A stretch of DNA of 64,000 nucleotides from Acidimicrobiia bacterium. Its GTDB lineage: Bacteria > Actinomycetota > Acidimicrobiia > Spongiisociales > ZC4RG35. The notes beneath the pieces were generated by a model. That model did not search any database. It was given only the letters and a program-made list of their open reading frames with translations, and was not told the DNA's origin. Below, piece by piece: positions 30,225 to 40,433 of this stretch (position 1 is the stretch's first letter; each line of letters opens with the position of its first letter). The position numbers were made by a program, and so were the translations under genes. The DNA lies in the NCBI GenBank assembly GCA_965215185.1, contig OZ244034.1:352001-416000 (forward strand). The letters run 5' to 3'.

Positions 30225-30592
30225 CCGGCAAGGGGTCAACGTTGACAGCAGACCCGAGGTTGGTCGGCAAAGTGGGAAAAGACGGCCCGGTCTGAGTTTG
30301 ACTCGGCCGCATCTTTGGTCACATGATGTGGGTAGCTGCAAAACCCCTTCGGTGCGGGCATCGGGCTCACCCGGACCGAAAAGCCCGAAGGCACGCATGC
30401 GAGAATATCCACAAGCAGGCGCGGCCCTTCTCGCATCCAATCGGTGGTGGCGGCGGGTCACTGCCAAGGGCAGTGGGCTTGCCTTATGGCCTGCTAGGGG
30501 ACTGGCGAGTGTTCAATGCGGGTTCTGCGAAGGCTTCGCGACATTACCGGGTGACTTAGCCCATATCCCTGCCAAACCTACCAAGAAGCAGT

Positions 30593-30632
30593 GGTTGGGT
30601 TTGGTCGGCGGGAGCGCCGACCAAACCCAACC
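30593..30632 (-). terminator. Perfect 18-bp hairpin after the ProX-like gene
   Basis: GGTTGGGTTTGGTCGGCG-GGAG-CGCCGACCAAACCCAACC. Confidence 0.75.
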
Positions 30633-30644
30633 TGATAGTGAAAG

Positions 30645-31574
30645 TTATCCTCGTGCTGTTGCCAGCCAGCTGTCGACTTTGTCGCGGTTGGCGGCGATCC
30701 AGGCTTGGGCGTCAGCTTCGATGTCAGCCTCGGTGTAAGCTCCGGCGGCCATTTTGGTGTTTTGAGCTGCGATGTCACTCAACGGAATTGCCATCACCTC
30801 GAGGAGACGGCGGATATCCGGGTTGTCATCCAGGAAGTCGGTGTTGGCCACCGCCCGGATGTCATTCACGGAGGACTGCAGCCATACCGCATTCTCGCCT
30901 GCCACCAAAACGGTGTTTGTCCAGTTGGGCGTCCAAGCGTAGAACAGCGCCGGTTCACCAGCGGCTACCGTCGCCACAACGCCTCGGGCCAAGTCGTCGT
31001 AATCACCAGAGACCTGCTCGACGTTGGCGCCCCAACTGAGATCGGCGATCTGTTGGTTGATGGAGGTTTCGCATCCCCATCCGACGTTGCATCCGAACAG
31101 GTCGGCCTTGCCGTCACCGTCGGTGTCGAAGAGGCCGGCGTTGGCGGCCACGCCATCCATCGAGGTGATTCCCATTCTGTCAGCCGTGGCCTTGTCGACC
31201 ATCAAGCCGTCGGTAGCCCCATCATCCACCTGCCAGCCGACAGGTTCGATGGGCAACTCGACCGCCTGGCCGGTTACATTTTCTCCTTCCAAGTATATGT
31301 CGTGGATGGGGAACCAGCCATTGGCCCACAGGTCGTACTGGCCGGTGGCCAGGGCGGGATAGAACGAGTAGGGGCTCAGTTCGGCGGCGGCCGGATCGGT
31401 CACCTCGTGTCCAAGCTCCTCGATTAGCGCGGCGTAGATGGCGGCCTGCATGTAGCCCGAACTCCAGTTGGCCCGAGCGATCTTCACCGGCCCGGCAACT
31501 TCGTCGGTGGCGCAAGCCGAAAGCATCAGCACGAAAGCCGCAAGAGCGGCCGTCAATACGTTCGTTTTCTTCAT
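30645..31574 (-). CDS. Glycine betaine/proline-type substrate-binding lipoprotein (ProX-like)
   Basis: Lipobox LSAC; NGWFP, GCNVGWGC and YAWTPNW match the ProX three-Trp box. Confidence 0.85.
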   Translation of the reverse strand: MKKTNVLTAALAAFVLMLSACATDEVAGPVKIARANWSSGYMQAAIYAALIEELGHEVTDPAAAELSPYSFYPALATGQYDLWANGWFPIHDIYLEGENVTGQAVELPIEPVGWQVDDGATDGLMVDKATADRMGITSMDGVAANAGLFDTDGDGKADLFGCNVGWGCETSINQQIADLSWGANVEQVSGDYDDLARGVVATVAAGEPALFYAWTPNWTNTVLVAGENAVWLQSSVNDIRAVANTDFLDDNPDIRRLLEVMAIPLSDIAAQNTKMAAGAYTEADIEADAQAWIAANRDKVDSWLATARG

Positions 31575-33343
31575 GACTCTTCACCTCCTACTCCCAGTCT
31601 CTCGATCAAGCCGCTGTGCTGGGATTGGAAGATGGCTGCGTCGTAGTGACTCTCTAGGAGGTCGAGCTCTTCATCGAAGGCCTTCTTGAGGCTATACAAC
31701 ATGATCAAAAGCACGAACAGGAATGGCAGTCCGGTAGCCACAGCCGCCGTTTGGAGCGCCGACAGGCCACCTCCTATCAGCAACACGACCGCTACCAGGC
31801 CTTCCATCAACGCCCAGGCCACTCTCTGGGGCTTGGGCGAGTCGAGTTTTCCTCCTGAGGTGAGGTGGTCCACCACCAGAGATCCCGAGTCCGAAGAGGT
31901 AACGAAGAACGAAACCAACAGTAAAACGCCGACTATCGAGATGAAGTTGGTCCATGGGAAGGCCTCCAACATCACGAACAGGGCGGTAGCAACGTTTTCG
32001 TTGACCGCAGTAGCAACGTCCAGTTCGCCACGCATTTGCAGATCCATGGCCGCTCCGCCGAAGACCGCAAACCACAAGAAGCACAGTAGGCAGGGAAGGA
32101 CCATCACACCGAGGATCATTTCCCGCACCGAGCGCCCCTTAGAGATTCGAGCGATAAACATACCGACGAAGGGAGACCAAGAGATCCACCATCCCCAGTA
32201 GAAGATGGTCCACCACTGTTGCCATTGGGTATCGACCAAGGCGGCGTTCCAGAACGAAAACTCCGGGAGCACCTGGATGTAGACACCGATGCTTTCAACA
32301 TACAGCGAGAGAATCAACAAAGTGGGACCCACCGCGAGCACAAAGACCAAGAACGCCCCGGCCAGCCACACGTTGATCTGGCTCAGCCTCTTGACCCCGG
32401 CGTCCAGGCCCGCCACAACCGAGATGGTTGCCAACCCGGTGATAACGGCGATAAGAACGATCTGAAAACCGGTGCCCGAAGGGAGACCGAAGAGCTTGTT
32501 CAACCCCGCGGCCGCCTGTCCGGCGCCGAACCCCAGTGAGGTGGCAAGACCGAAAAGGGTGGCCACCACGGTGAGGACGTCGATCGCGTTGCCCCATCCA
32601 CCGTAGATCCTCTTACCGAGAATCGGATAGAAGACCGAACGGAAAGTCAGTGGCAAGCCTCGGTTGTAGGCAAAGAACCCCAAAGCCAGTGCTACCAGTC
32701 CATACAGCGCCCATCCATGGACCCCCCAATGGAGGTAGGAGGTCGCCAGTGCGGCTCTGGCCGCGCCAGATGACAAGGGTTCCACGTCGAACAAGGGAGG
32801 CGGCGCTGTGAGGTGGAAGATTGGCTCTGCCACACCCCAGAACATCAACCCGATGCCAATACCGGCGGAGATCAACATTGCGTACCAAGCGCCCGAGGAA
32901 AACTCCGGAAGAGCTCTTGGCCCACCTAATCGAATCTTGCCGTACCTGCCAAACGCAAAGTAGAGCGCGGCACCGATGAAGATGTTGAATGAGATGATGT
33001 ACAGCCAACCCACCTTCTCGTTGATGAAGTTGAGAATGGTGCCGAAGACACCACTGGCCTGATCTGGGTAGAACAAAGTGGCCAGGATGAAGACCAACAT
33101 GAATCCGGCAGCGGAGAACGTCACCTGCGGATGAATGTCGAATCCATACTTGACGATGTTCCTGTCACCGGGCTCGCGATCCGCAACATCTGGATAGAAA
33201 TCGATGTCGGGGTCGATTTGGAGGCCTTCGAACTGGGCTCGATTACGGATCGCCGCCTCGCGACGGCTTTCCTCTTTTTCCTCCCAGTCTTCGTAGGCTT
33301 CCGCAACCGTGGTGAGATCAAGATCTTGGTCTTTGTCAGCCAT
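31571..33343 (-). CDS. BCCT-family (betaine/choline/carnitine) transporter
   Basis: SAGIGIGLMFWGVAEP, WTIFYWGWWISWSPFVGMFIARISKGR, TSSDSG. Confidence 0.95.
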   Translation of the reverse strand: MADKDQDLDLTTVAEAYEDWEEKEESRREAAIRNRAQFEGLQIDPDIDFYPDVADREPGDRNIVKYGFDIHPQVTFSAAGFMLVFILATLFYPDQASGVFGTILNFINEKVGWLYIISFNIFIGAALYFAFGRYGKIRLGGPRALPEFSSGAWYAMLISAGIGIGLMFWGVAEPIFHLTAPPPLFDVEPLSSGAARAALATSYLHWGVHGWALYGLVALALGFFAYNRGLPLTFRSVFYPILGKRIYGGWGNAIDVLTVVATLFGLATSLGFGAGQAAAGLNKLFGLPSGTGFQIVLIAVITGLATISVVAGLDAGVKRLSQINVWLAGAFLVFVLAVGPTLLILSLYVESIGVYIQVLPEFSFWNAALVDTQWQQWWTIFYWGWWISWSPFVGMFIARISKGRSVREMILGVMVLPCLLCFLWFAVFGGAAMDLQMRGELDVATAVNENVATALFVMLEAFPWTNFISIVGVLLLVSFFVTSSDSGSLVVDHLTSGGKLDSPKPQRVAWALMEGLVAVVLLIGGGLSALQTAAVATGLPFLFVLLIMLYSLKKAFDEELDLLESHYDAAIFQSQHSGLIERLGVGGEES

Positions 33344-33570
33344 CGCGGCTCCCTTCTAATCGCAAATCCATCATCGGCGTCTCCTTTCAGTAGCCCAACA
33401 ACGGCTGACCGCACTGTTCAGGGGCGGCTTGAGAAAGACCATAGCCAATGACGGCCCGCCGAATTGCAAAAACCGCACAAAGTTTCTAACCTTCTCCGGT
33501 TTTCTTTTTCCTCCCCCTTCCCATATTGGTTGCTAATCTTCGGTCTACCCCTTACCTCTGGATGCCGTCC

Positions 33571-35655
33571 ATGCGCCGAATCGTCTTCACAGCCTTGGGA
33601 ACACTGACGGTCTCTTGGGCACTGCTCCTGGGGGCTGGCATGGCGATAGGCCAGCCCGAGGAGGACTCATCCGCAGAACCCACCGTGCGGATAGCGCGCG
33701 CCACATGGGACACCGGTTGGTTTCAAGCCGAGGTTTACCGGCTGCTCATCCAACGGCTTGGCTATCGGGTGGAGGGCCCGTTCACCATGGACAATGACGA
33801 GTTCTATGAGGCTTTGGCAGCCGGCGAGGTGGATCTTTGGGCCAACGGGTGGTTCCCAACCCACGACTCTCACATTCGGGTGGGAGTGGTGGAAACGGTG
33901 GGTACTCAGGTCGATGACGGCGCGCTGCAGGGATACTTTGTCGATAAGGCCACTGCCGAGACTCATGGCATCACCAGCCTGGGTGACCTGGCCGCTCCGG
34001 AGATTGCCGCCCTGTTCGATCGGGACGCCGACGGCTTGGCCGATCTGATCGGGTGTGAAGTTTCCTGGGGATGTGCGGCGATCATCGAGCATCACCTTGA
34101 GGCATATGGGTTGAAGGAGACCGTCGAACAGGTGCAAGGCGCCTACTCGCCTCTGATAACCGAGACCATAGACCGCTACCACGCCGGTCAACCGGTCCTC
34201 TTCTATACCTGGACCCCTAACTGGACGGTGGGGGAGTTGGAGCCGGGTCGGGAGGTTATCTGGTTGGAGACGCCGTTCCCTTCCCTTCCCGCCGACCAGA
34301 TCGCCTTCTTGGACCGGACGGCCATTGCCGGGATTCCCGGATGCGCCAATGATCCGTGTCAGGTGGGCTGGCCTCCCAATGACATCCGGGTGGTGGCCAA
34401 CTCCGGTTTTCTGGAGAACAACCCTTCGATTCGGAGGCTGCTGGAACAAGTGGTCATTTCCCTCCACGACATCTCCGCCCAGAACGCGCTGATGGTTGCC
34501 GATGAGGGCGATCCTGAGGACATTCGCCGCCATGCTGAGGAGTGGGTGGCGGCCAATGAAGTAGTGGTTACTCGCTGGATCGAGACTGCCGACCCCAACG
34601 CGGTCGGTTTGCAAAACCTCCAAGGGGACGAGTCGGCGTCGGGAGGGACGTTGAGAGTGGCGGCGCGCGCCCTCCCGCCTTTCGTTATTTATGAGAATCG
34701 GGCGTACAACGGCTTTGAGGTGGAATTGGTGCGCCTTCTTGCTGCCCGGTTGGGCATGGAAGCCGAGATATATGCGGTGGACACTGTCGCCAAGCAAATT
34801 GACGACGTTAACCGCGGTGTAGCCCGAGTGGCGTTGGGAGGGGTGGCCATCACGGAGTCGCGCGAGCAGGTGGTGGACTTTTCTATGCCGGTTCTCGATA
34901 CGGGTCTGACCATCTTGGCCCCCACTCACGCCTCACGCGGTCTCGGAGACCGGATCGGGACATTCTTCACGGCCATCGTCTCCTCGGACCTGCCCTGGTT
35001 GCTAGTGCTCTTCGGGGTGGCAGTCCTGATCTCCGCCCATGTGATCTGGTGGTTGGAACGTAACCACAACACCGATTTCGCCGTGCCCTACCGGCAGGGT
35101 ATCTGGGACTCGTTCTATTGGTCGGTCGTGACCATGAGCACGGTCGGATATGGTGACAAGGTGGCTCGGGGAAGCATGGGGAGAGTATTCGCCCTAGTAT
35201 GGATCGCCCTGGGGACGCTGGTGTTCGCCAGCTTCACCGCCTCGATAGCCTCCTCGCTGGCGGTCAACGAGTTGCGCAGTGAGATCTCCGGACCCCAGGA
35301 CCTGCCTGGTCACCGAGTGGCGACGGTGACGCGCTCTGCCGGGGAGACCTATCTGTCCACCATAGGGGTGGGTTCGGTTCCGGTGGATGATATTGAGCAA
35401 GCCTATGGTCTCTTGGCGGAGGGCGATGTTGATGCCATCGTGTTTGATGCTCCGGTTCTCCGTTTTCACGCCGCTCGGGAGGGGCAAGGTGAAGTGGCCA
35501 CATTCGGGCCGGCGTTCGAGAAGGTGCAATACGGGCTGGCGGTCAGTGAGGATGACGCCGAGTTCCGAGAACGGCTCAATCTTGCTCTGTTGGATCTGAT
35601 CGAAAGTGGCGTCTACGGACAACTCCATGACCGGTGGTTCGGCGCTTTGGGCTGA
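33571..35655 (+). CDS. Fusion: ProX-like binding domain + GluR0-like ligand-gated K+ channel
   Basis: Signal peptide, ProX domain, S1 lobe, TM1, pore YWSVVTMSTVGYGD, TM2 ending SFTASIASSL, S2 lobe. Confidence 0.85.
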   Translation: MRRIVFTALGTLTVSWALLLGAGMAIGQPEEDSSAEPTVRIARATWDTGWFQAEVYRLLIQRLGYRVEGPFTMDNDEFYEALAAGEVDLWANGWFPTHDSHIRVGVVETVGTQVDDGALQGYFVDKATAETHGITSLGDLAAPEIAALFDRDADGLADLIGCEVSWGCAAIIEHHLEAYGLKETVEQVQGAYSPLITETIDRYHAGQPVLFYTWTPNWTVGELEPGREVIWLETPFPSLPADQIAFLDRTAIAGIPGCANDPCQVGWPPNDIRVVANSGFLENNPSIRRLLEQVVISLHDISAQNALMVADEGDPEDIRRHAEEWVAANEVVVTRWIETADPNAVGLQNLQGDESASGGTLRVAARALPPFVIYENRAYNGFEVELVRLLAARLGMEAEIYAVDTVAKQIDDVNRGVARVALGGVAITESREQVVDFSMPVLDTGLTILAPTHASRGLGDRIGTFFTAIVSSDLPWLLVLFGVAVLISAHVIWWLERNHNTDFAVPYRQGIWDSFYWSVVTMSTVGYGDKVARGSMGRVFALVWIALGTLVFASFTASIASSLAVNELRSEISGPQDLPGHRVATVTRSAGETYLSTIGVGSVPVDDIEQAYGLLAEGDVDAIVFDAPVLRFHAAREGQGEVATFGPAFEKVQYGLAVSEDDAEFRERLNLALLDLIESGVYGQLHDRWFGALG

Positions 35656-35715
35656 GCCGGTCACCGTGGGTCAACGCGGTTGCCCCTGACGCGGGCAACT
35701 GGTAGCCTTCCCCCT

Positions 35716-36378
35716 ATGTCATGGCGCAAGAAGCCCAAAACTGTTCCCGATAAGAATCAGGCTCTCCCCGGCAGGCAGACTCCCCTTGCGGTATCCGAAT
35801 TGCACCATGTCTCCGGAGCGCGGATCGTCGCTCCCTTCCCCGAGGACACCGAAGTCATCTGGTTCGGCATGGGTTGCTTTTGGGGGGCGGAGCGGATGTT
35901 TTGGCAGACCGAGGGGGTGTATTCGACCGCAGCCGGCTACCAAGGGGGGTTGACGCCCAATCCCACCTATGAAGAGGTTTGTTCGGGCATGACCGGACAC
36001 ACCGAGGTGGTGCAGGTGGTGTTCAGGCCCCTTGATGTCAGTCTCGATCAACTCATGCGGGTCTTTTGGGAGGGACATGATCCCACCCAGGGGATGAAGC
36101 AGGGCAATGATTACGGAACCCAGTATCGCTCCGCGGTTTATGTCAGTAGGGAAGAGCACCTGCCGGTGGTCTGGGCAAGCCTGGAGGCCTATCAGGCAGA
36201 GCTTTATCGCAGCGGCTATGACCAGATAACCACCGAAATCGGTGTGGACAAGCCCTTTTACTACGCCGAGGACTACCACCAGCAGTATCTATCCAAGAAC
36301 CCGTGGGGATACTGCGGAATTGGTGGGACCGGCGTTTCCTACTGCACTCCGGCTCAGGCCCAGCAACCTACCGGATAA
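35716..36378 (+). CDS. msrA: Peptide methionine sulfoxide reductase A
   Basis: [30 protein letters not shown]. Confidence 0.96.
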   Translation: MSWRKKPKTVPDKNQALPGRQTPLAVSELHHVSGARIVAPFPEDTEVIWFGMGCFWGAERMFWQTEGVYSTAAGYQGGLTPNPTYEEVCSGMTGHTEVVQVVFRPLDVSLDQLMRVFWEGHDPTQGMKQGNDYGTQYRSAVYVSREEHLPVVWASLEAYQAELYRSGYDQITTEIGVDKPFYYAEDYHQQYLSKNPWGYCGIGGTGVSYCTPAQAQQPTG

Positions 36379-36390
36379 ACCGGGCGAGCG

Positions 36391-37536
36391 GTGAAGGAGT
36401 CTCTCCGCTCCCAAGTTCCTCCGTTCTACGTGATGGAGGTGATGAAGGCTGCCGCCCGCCGAGAAGTTGCGGGCGGCGACGTGCTTCATTTGGAGGTGGG
36501 CCAGCCTATGACGCCTGCTCCGGCACGGGTATTGGAGGCGGCCCGGAGAGGTTTGACGCACGATCGTCTCGGCTACACGGCGGCTACCGGGCTAGTGGCT
36601 CTCCGGGAGAGGATCGGGCGTTTTTATGGGGAGCGTTACGGATTGGATGTGTCACACGAACGGGTGGTGATGACAATTGGCGCCTCCGCCGGTTTTGTCC
36701 TGGCTTGCTTGGCGCTGTTCGATCCCGGTGATCGGGTGGCCATGACCGTCCCCGGCTATTCGGCCTATCGCAATGTTCTCACCGCGTTGGGCCTGGAATT
36801 GGTGGAAGTCAGGGTGGATGCCGAAACCCGTTTCGTTCCATCGGTAGATTGCCTGGAGATGGCCGGTCCCTTGGACGGGTTGGTGGTGGCTAGTCCCTCG
36901 AATCCCACCGGAGTAACCTTGACGGGCGCCGAAATGAGGACGGTTGCCGACTTCTGCTCGAAAACGGGAACGGCATTGATTTGCGATGAGATATATCACG
37001 GGATCGAATACGGGGAGAGAGCTGTCAGCGCCCTCGAGTTCAGCGATTCGGCGGTGGTGGTGCAGAGCTTTTCCAAGTACTTCTCCATGACCGGTTGGCG
37101 GTTGGGATGGTTGGTAGTGCCTCCCGAGATGTTCCGATCCCTGGAGCGCCTGGCTCAGAACCTGTTCATCGCTCCCCCCACCATCTCTCAGTTGGGAGCT
37201 TTGGAGGCGTTCGATTGCTCAGAGGAGTTGGATGCCAATGTCGCCGCCTACGGGGAGAGCCGGAATGTTCTGGTGAAGGGGCTGGCAGAGGCGGGTATCG
37301 ACCGGATCGCTCCACCGGATGGAGCTTTCTATGTGTATGCCGACATCTCCCACCTGGGCATGGACTCTCCCACCCTGTGCGCCCGTTGGCTGGAAGAGTT
37401 GGGGGTGGCCGCCACCCCCGGCATCGATTTCGACCCCGAATATGGCGATAGCTGGATACGGTTCTCCTACTCCGAATCCACCGCCGATATAGCCGAGGCG
37501 GTTCGTCGCCTGAAGAACTGGGCGGTCGGGCGATAG
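36391..37536 (+). CDS. PLP-dependent aminotransferase class I/II
   Basis: SPSNPTG, DEIYH, SFSKYFSMTGWRLG. Confidence 0.92.
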   Translation: MKESLRSQVPPFYVMEVMKAAARREVAGGDVLHLEVGQPMTPAPARVLEAARRGLTHDRLGYTAATGLVALRERIGRFYGERYGLDVSHERVVMTIGASAGFVLACLALFDPGDRVAMTVPGYSAYRNVLTALGLELVEVRVDAETRFVPSVDCLEMAGPLDGLVVASPSNPTGVTLTGAEMRTVADFCSKTGTALICDEIYHGIEYGERAVSALEFSDSAVVVQSFSKYFSMTGWRLGWLVVPPEMFRSLERLAQNLFIAPPTISQLGALEAFDCSEELDANVAAYGESRNVLVKGLAEAGIDRIAPPDGAFYVYADISHLGMDSPTLCARWLEELGVAATPGIDFDPEYGDSWIRFSYSESTADIAEAVRRLKNWAVGR

Positions 37537-37552
37537 CCGGACGCCGGTAGAG

Positions 37553-37972
37553 TTGGCGGTCGTGTTGGACCCTGCTGTGTTAGGTATCGGCGGTGGATTT
37601 GCCGAGATGGTGGGCTTGGTGCTCGACGAGTTCTCCTCCTCGAGGGTGAGAGGGCATGTTGAAGTGGGGAAGGAGCATCATCAACCCTTCGGGATGGTGA
37701 ATGCCGGACTGCACGCCACCATGGTGGAGACCCTTGCTTCAGTTGGCGCTTTCATATGGGCGCAGGAGCAGGGGATGGCGGCCGCAGTGGGAGTGAACAA
37801 CGCCACCGATTTCTTCCGTTCTCATCGTTTCGGTCGTCTGGACGGCGAGGCAATACCTGTCCATCAGGGTCGCAGCCAACAGATCTGGCAGGTAACCATC
37901 ACCCGGGCCTCTGATGGGAAAATGGTGGCCCAAGGTCGGCTTCGCCTTCAGAACCTGGGTCAGGTCCGCTGA
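37553..37972 (+). CDS. PaaI-family thioesterase
   Basis: HHQPFG.V..G, ETLAS, VGVNN, HQGRSQQIW. Confidence 0.85.
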   Translation: MAVVLDPAVLGIGGGFAEMVGLVLDEFSSSRVRGHVEVGKEHHQPFGMVNAGLHATMVETLASVGAFIWAQEQGMAAAVGVNNATDFFRSHRFGRLDGEAIPVHQGRSQQIWQVTITRASDGKMVAQGRLRLQNLGQVR

Positions 37973-38134
37973 GTAACACCGCTTTCGTTCAAACGAAGGC
38001 GCAGAGAATTAGTTTTGGTTTTTTCGCTGATATGGTGGTCTGCCTTTCGGGGGGAGTGATTTGGAGGGTGCGTTCGGGGGAATCGCAAATAATTACTTCC
38101 GGTTTTCCCCAATTGGGCGAGTGTTGGCTATTAC

Positions 38135-38171
38135 TGTCCGTATATCGGAATGTAATTCCGCTAATTGGACA
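38135..38171. promoter_or_regulatory. Paired IclR-type operator-like boxes upstream of the catabolic operon
   Basis: TGTCCGTATATCGGAA and inverted TGTCCAATTAGCGGAA; the first recurs at 51172-51188. Confidence 0.55.
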
Positions 38172-38301
38172 TTTCGAGCAGAGTGCCCCGGTTGAGCGAT
38201 ATCAGTTGGAGTGTTCTGTTCAATGTTTACAGGGAACTAGAGAAGGTAGTAGCACCCGAGCGACCGGCATGGTCGCATGGGTCTGGAAGGAGAAATAATC
38301 G

Positions 38302-39537
38302 ATGAGTAAACGCAGATCTTGGGTACGTGCCTTTGTGGTGTTGTCCGTTCTGGCCTTGGTCGCCGCCTCCTGTGGCGACGGATCAGATGAGGTGGCGCCC
38401 ACCACGGCCGCGCCCACCACAGCGGCGCCCACCACGGCCGCTCCCGAGCCCATCATGTTGGGAACCATTTGGTTCAACTCAGGTGTGGCTGTTGGGCTGG
38501 GCGACATTATGCGCAATGGGTTCGACCTAGCCGTGAAGCAGCAGAATGAGGCCGGTGGTGTCTTGGGACGTCAAGTCGAGGTGGTCGACTACGACGAGGG
38601 CTATTCGGCTGATGAGTCGGTTGCCTCAGCCCGCAAGGCGATCGCCGATGGTGTGGCTGGCATTGCCGGGGGCAACGACGCCACCACTTGTGTGGCGATG
38701 AAGGATGTCGCGGCCGAGGCGGGGATCCCCTTGGTGGTGACCGCCTGCGGTTCGGAACTGATTACGGCCGAGGGCTATGAGGGAGTGGTGCACGTCCGGG
38801 CTCCGGTGAAGCAGAGCCAGTCCGACAGCAACGCCCTATCCGTGTTGGCCCGGTGGATGATTCAGCAGGGCTACAACCGCGTGCAGGGCGTAGGTGTCGA
38901 CTCTGACTGGGTGCGACTCACCCATGACGAGTTCACCCGCATCTTCGCGGAGGAAGCTCCCTCCGACTTTGAGTACACCGGTATGGTGTACTTCCCCTAT
39001 GGAACGGCTGAAGCCCGGATTGAAGTGACCAAGGGCGTCGGCAATGATCCCGATCTTCTGTATCTCGGGCTGTGGGGCAAGGACGTGGTAGTCAACGCCG
39101 TGCAAGCCGCCCGCGAGATCGGCTATGAGGGTGACATCATGATCAACGAGGTCGTGTTCACTCCGCCTGAAGTGGAAGCCTTGGGCGATCTTGCCGAGGG
39201 TGTTTACAGTTCGACCGGGTGGATTCTGGATGAGTCCATTCCGGAGGCGGCGGCCTTCTCCGCGGCGTACGAGGCCGAATACGGGTCGGCCCCGGATTGG
39301 TGGTCCGAACTGGGGTATACGGCTGCCCAGCAGTTGATGGCGGCTATCGAAGCAGCCGGCACCACCGACTACGCGGCGGTCGCTCCGCTGATGAATGATG
39401 AGCATGGATTTATCACCCCTCGTGGTAAGCCGTTGCGTTTCAACGACAAGGGCCTGCGACTGGTCGACGACTGGATCATCATCCAATCCCAGGGCGGCGT
39501 CCTGCTGCCGGTGGATGCCGTTCCTCTCGCTGGCTAG
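38302..39537 (+). CDS. Branched-chain amino acid-type ABC substrate-binding lipoprotein (LivK-like)
   Basis: Lipobox VAASC, PTTAA x3 linker, NEAGGVLGR, AAIEAAGTTD. Confidence 0.88.
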   Translation: MSKRRSWVRAFVVLSVLALVAASCGDGSDEVAPTTAAPTTAAPTTAAPEPIMLGTIWFNSGVAVGLGDIMRNGFDLAVKQQNEAGGVLGRQVEVVDYDEGYSADESVASARKAIADGVAGIAGGNDATTCVAMKDVAAEAGIPLVVTACGSELITAEGYEGVVHVRAPVKQSQSDSNALSVLARWMIQQGYNRVQGVGVDSDWVRLTHDEFTRIFAEEAPSDFEYTGMVYFPYGTAEARIEVTKGVGNDPDLLYLGLWGKDVVVNAVQAAREIGYEGDIMINEVVFTPPEVEALGDLAEGVYSSTGWILDESIPEAAAFSAAYEAEYGSAPDWWSELGYTAAQQLMAAIEAAGTTDYAAVAPLMNDEHGFITPRGKPLRFNDKGLRLVDDWIIIQSQGGVLLPVDAVPLAG

Positions 39538-39561
39538 TTAGATCCTTCCATAAATAGTGAT

Positions 39562-39600
39562 GTATCGGTCTGCGCCCATCTATCTGGGCCAGACCGATAC
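39562..39600 (+). terminator. Hairpin after the SBP gene
   Basis: GTATCGGTCTG...CAGACCGATAC. Confidence 0.6.
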
Positions 39601-39632
39601 ACCCTACGGATAACCAAGGAGGCTGGGCCAAA

Positions 39633-40031
39633 GTGAAGAGAGTTTACGTACCAGTCGAAGAGGCGCTGTTCAAGGCCATCGGGTCAAAGAGCCGTTGGAA
39701 CGATGTGGTCCGAGTAGGTAATACCATGTGGGTCACCGGGCAACTGGGCTGGGATCGCAGCACCGGAGTGCTGGCGGATACCTTGGAGGAGCAGACGGAA
39801 CTGGCTCTCCAAAACCTCGAGAATGCCTTGAGCCGCGCAGGGGCCGCCTTGAGTGATGTGGTGCTGACCAGGATCTATCTGACCGATCATGACCACTACC
39901 ACCGCTACGAGGTCATCTACAACCGCTATTTCCCCAGCCAGCAGCCCGCTCGGGTCTCGGTGGTGGTGGCGGAGCTGATCCACCACTCACTGATTGACAT
40001 CGAAGCCGTAGCAGTGGTGGATGAGGAGTGA
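39633..40031 (+). CDS. RidA/YjgF-family protein
   Basis: VTGQLG, QTELALQNL, PARVSV, IDIEAVA. Confidence 0.9.
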   Translation: MKRVYVPVEEALFKAIGSKSRWNDVVRVGNTMWVTGQLGWDRSTGVLADTLEEQTELALQNLENALSRAGAALSDVVLTRIYLTDHDHYHRYEVIYNRYFPSQQPARVSVVVAELIHHSLIDIEAVAVVDEE

Positions 40032-40088
40032 CTGGTTCCCGACGCATTGGACCTTCTTGGTGTCGCTCTCTAATCCAATGAGAAGAAC

Positions 40089-40418
40089 ATGATCAAGACG
40101 GTGACTTTGCTGAACAGGAGGCCCGACCTGACCAGCGAGCAGTTTCATGAGCATTGGAAGACTGTCCATGCTGCTCTGGTGCTGGCCATGCCCAGGGTGC
40201 GGCGTTATGTTCAATGTCGACCCTTGGAGGTTCCCGGTCGCGAGGCGCCCTGCGACGGTGTTGCCGAGGTGTGGTACGAAAGCGTCGAGGATTTTCTGGC
40301 CACGGCCGCTTCCGAAGAATACGTCCGGCTCTTAGCCGACGAGAAGAACTTCATGGGCGCCAAAACTCAGGACTCGGTGTTCGTGATAGTGGAAGAGGAC
40401 GAGTTTCCTGTTGAATAG
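40089..40418 (+). CDS. EthD-family protein
   Basis: RRPDLT.EQF..HW..VH, RRYVQ, DGVAEVWY, ADEKNF. Confidence 0.85.
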   Translation: MIKTVTLLNRRPDLTSEQFHEHWKTVHAALVLAMPRVRRYVQCRPLEVPGREAPCDGVAEVWYESVEDFLATAASEEYVRLLADEKNFMGAKTQDSVFVIVEEDEFPVE

Positions 40419-40433
40419 ACTCACCGGCCACAG

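Noticed and set aside
38394-38443. 15-bp tandem repeat as a contingency locus
   Set aside because: In-frame PTTAA linker of a lipoprotein, like those at 11482 and 63960
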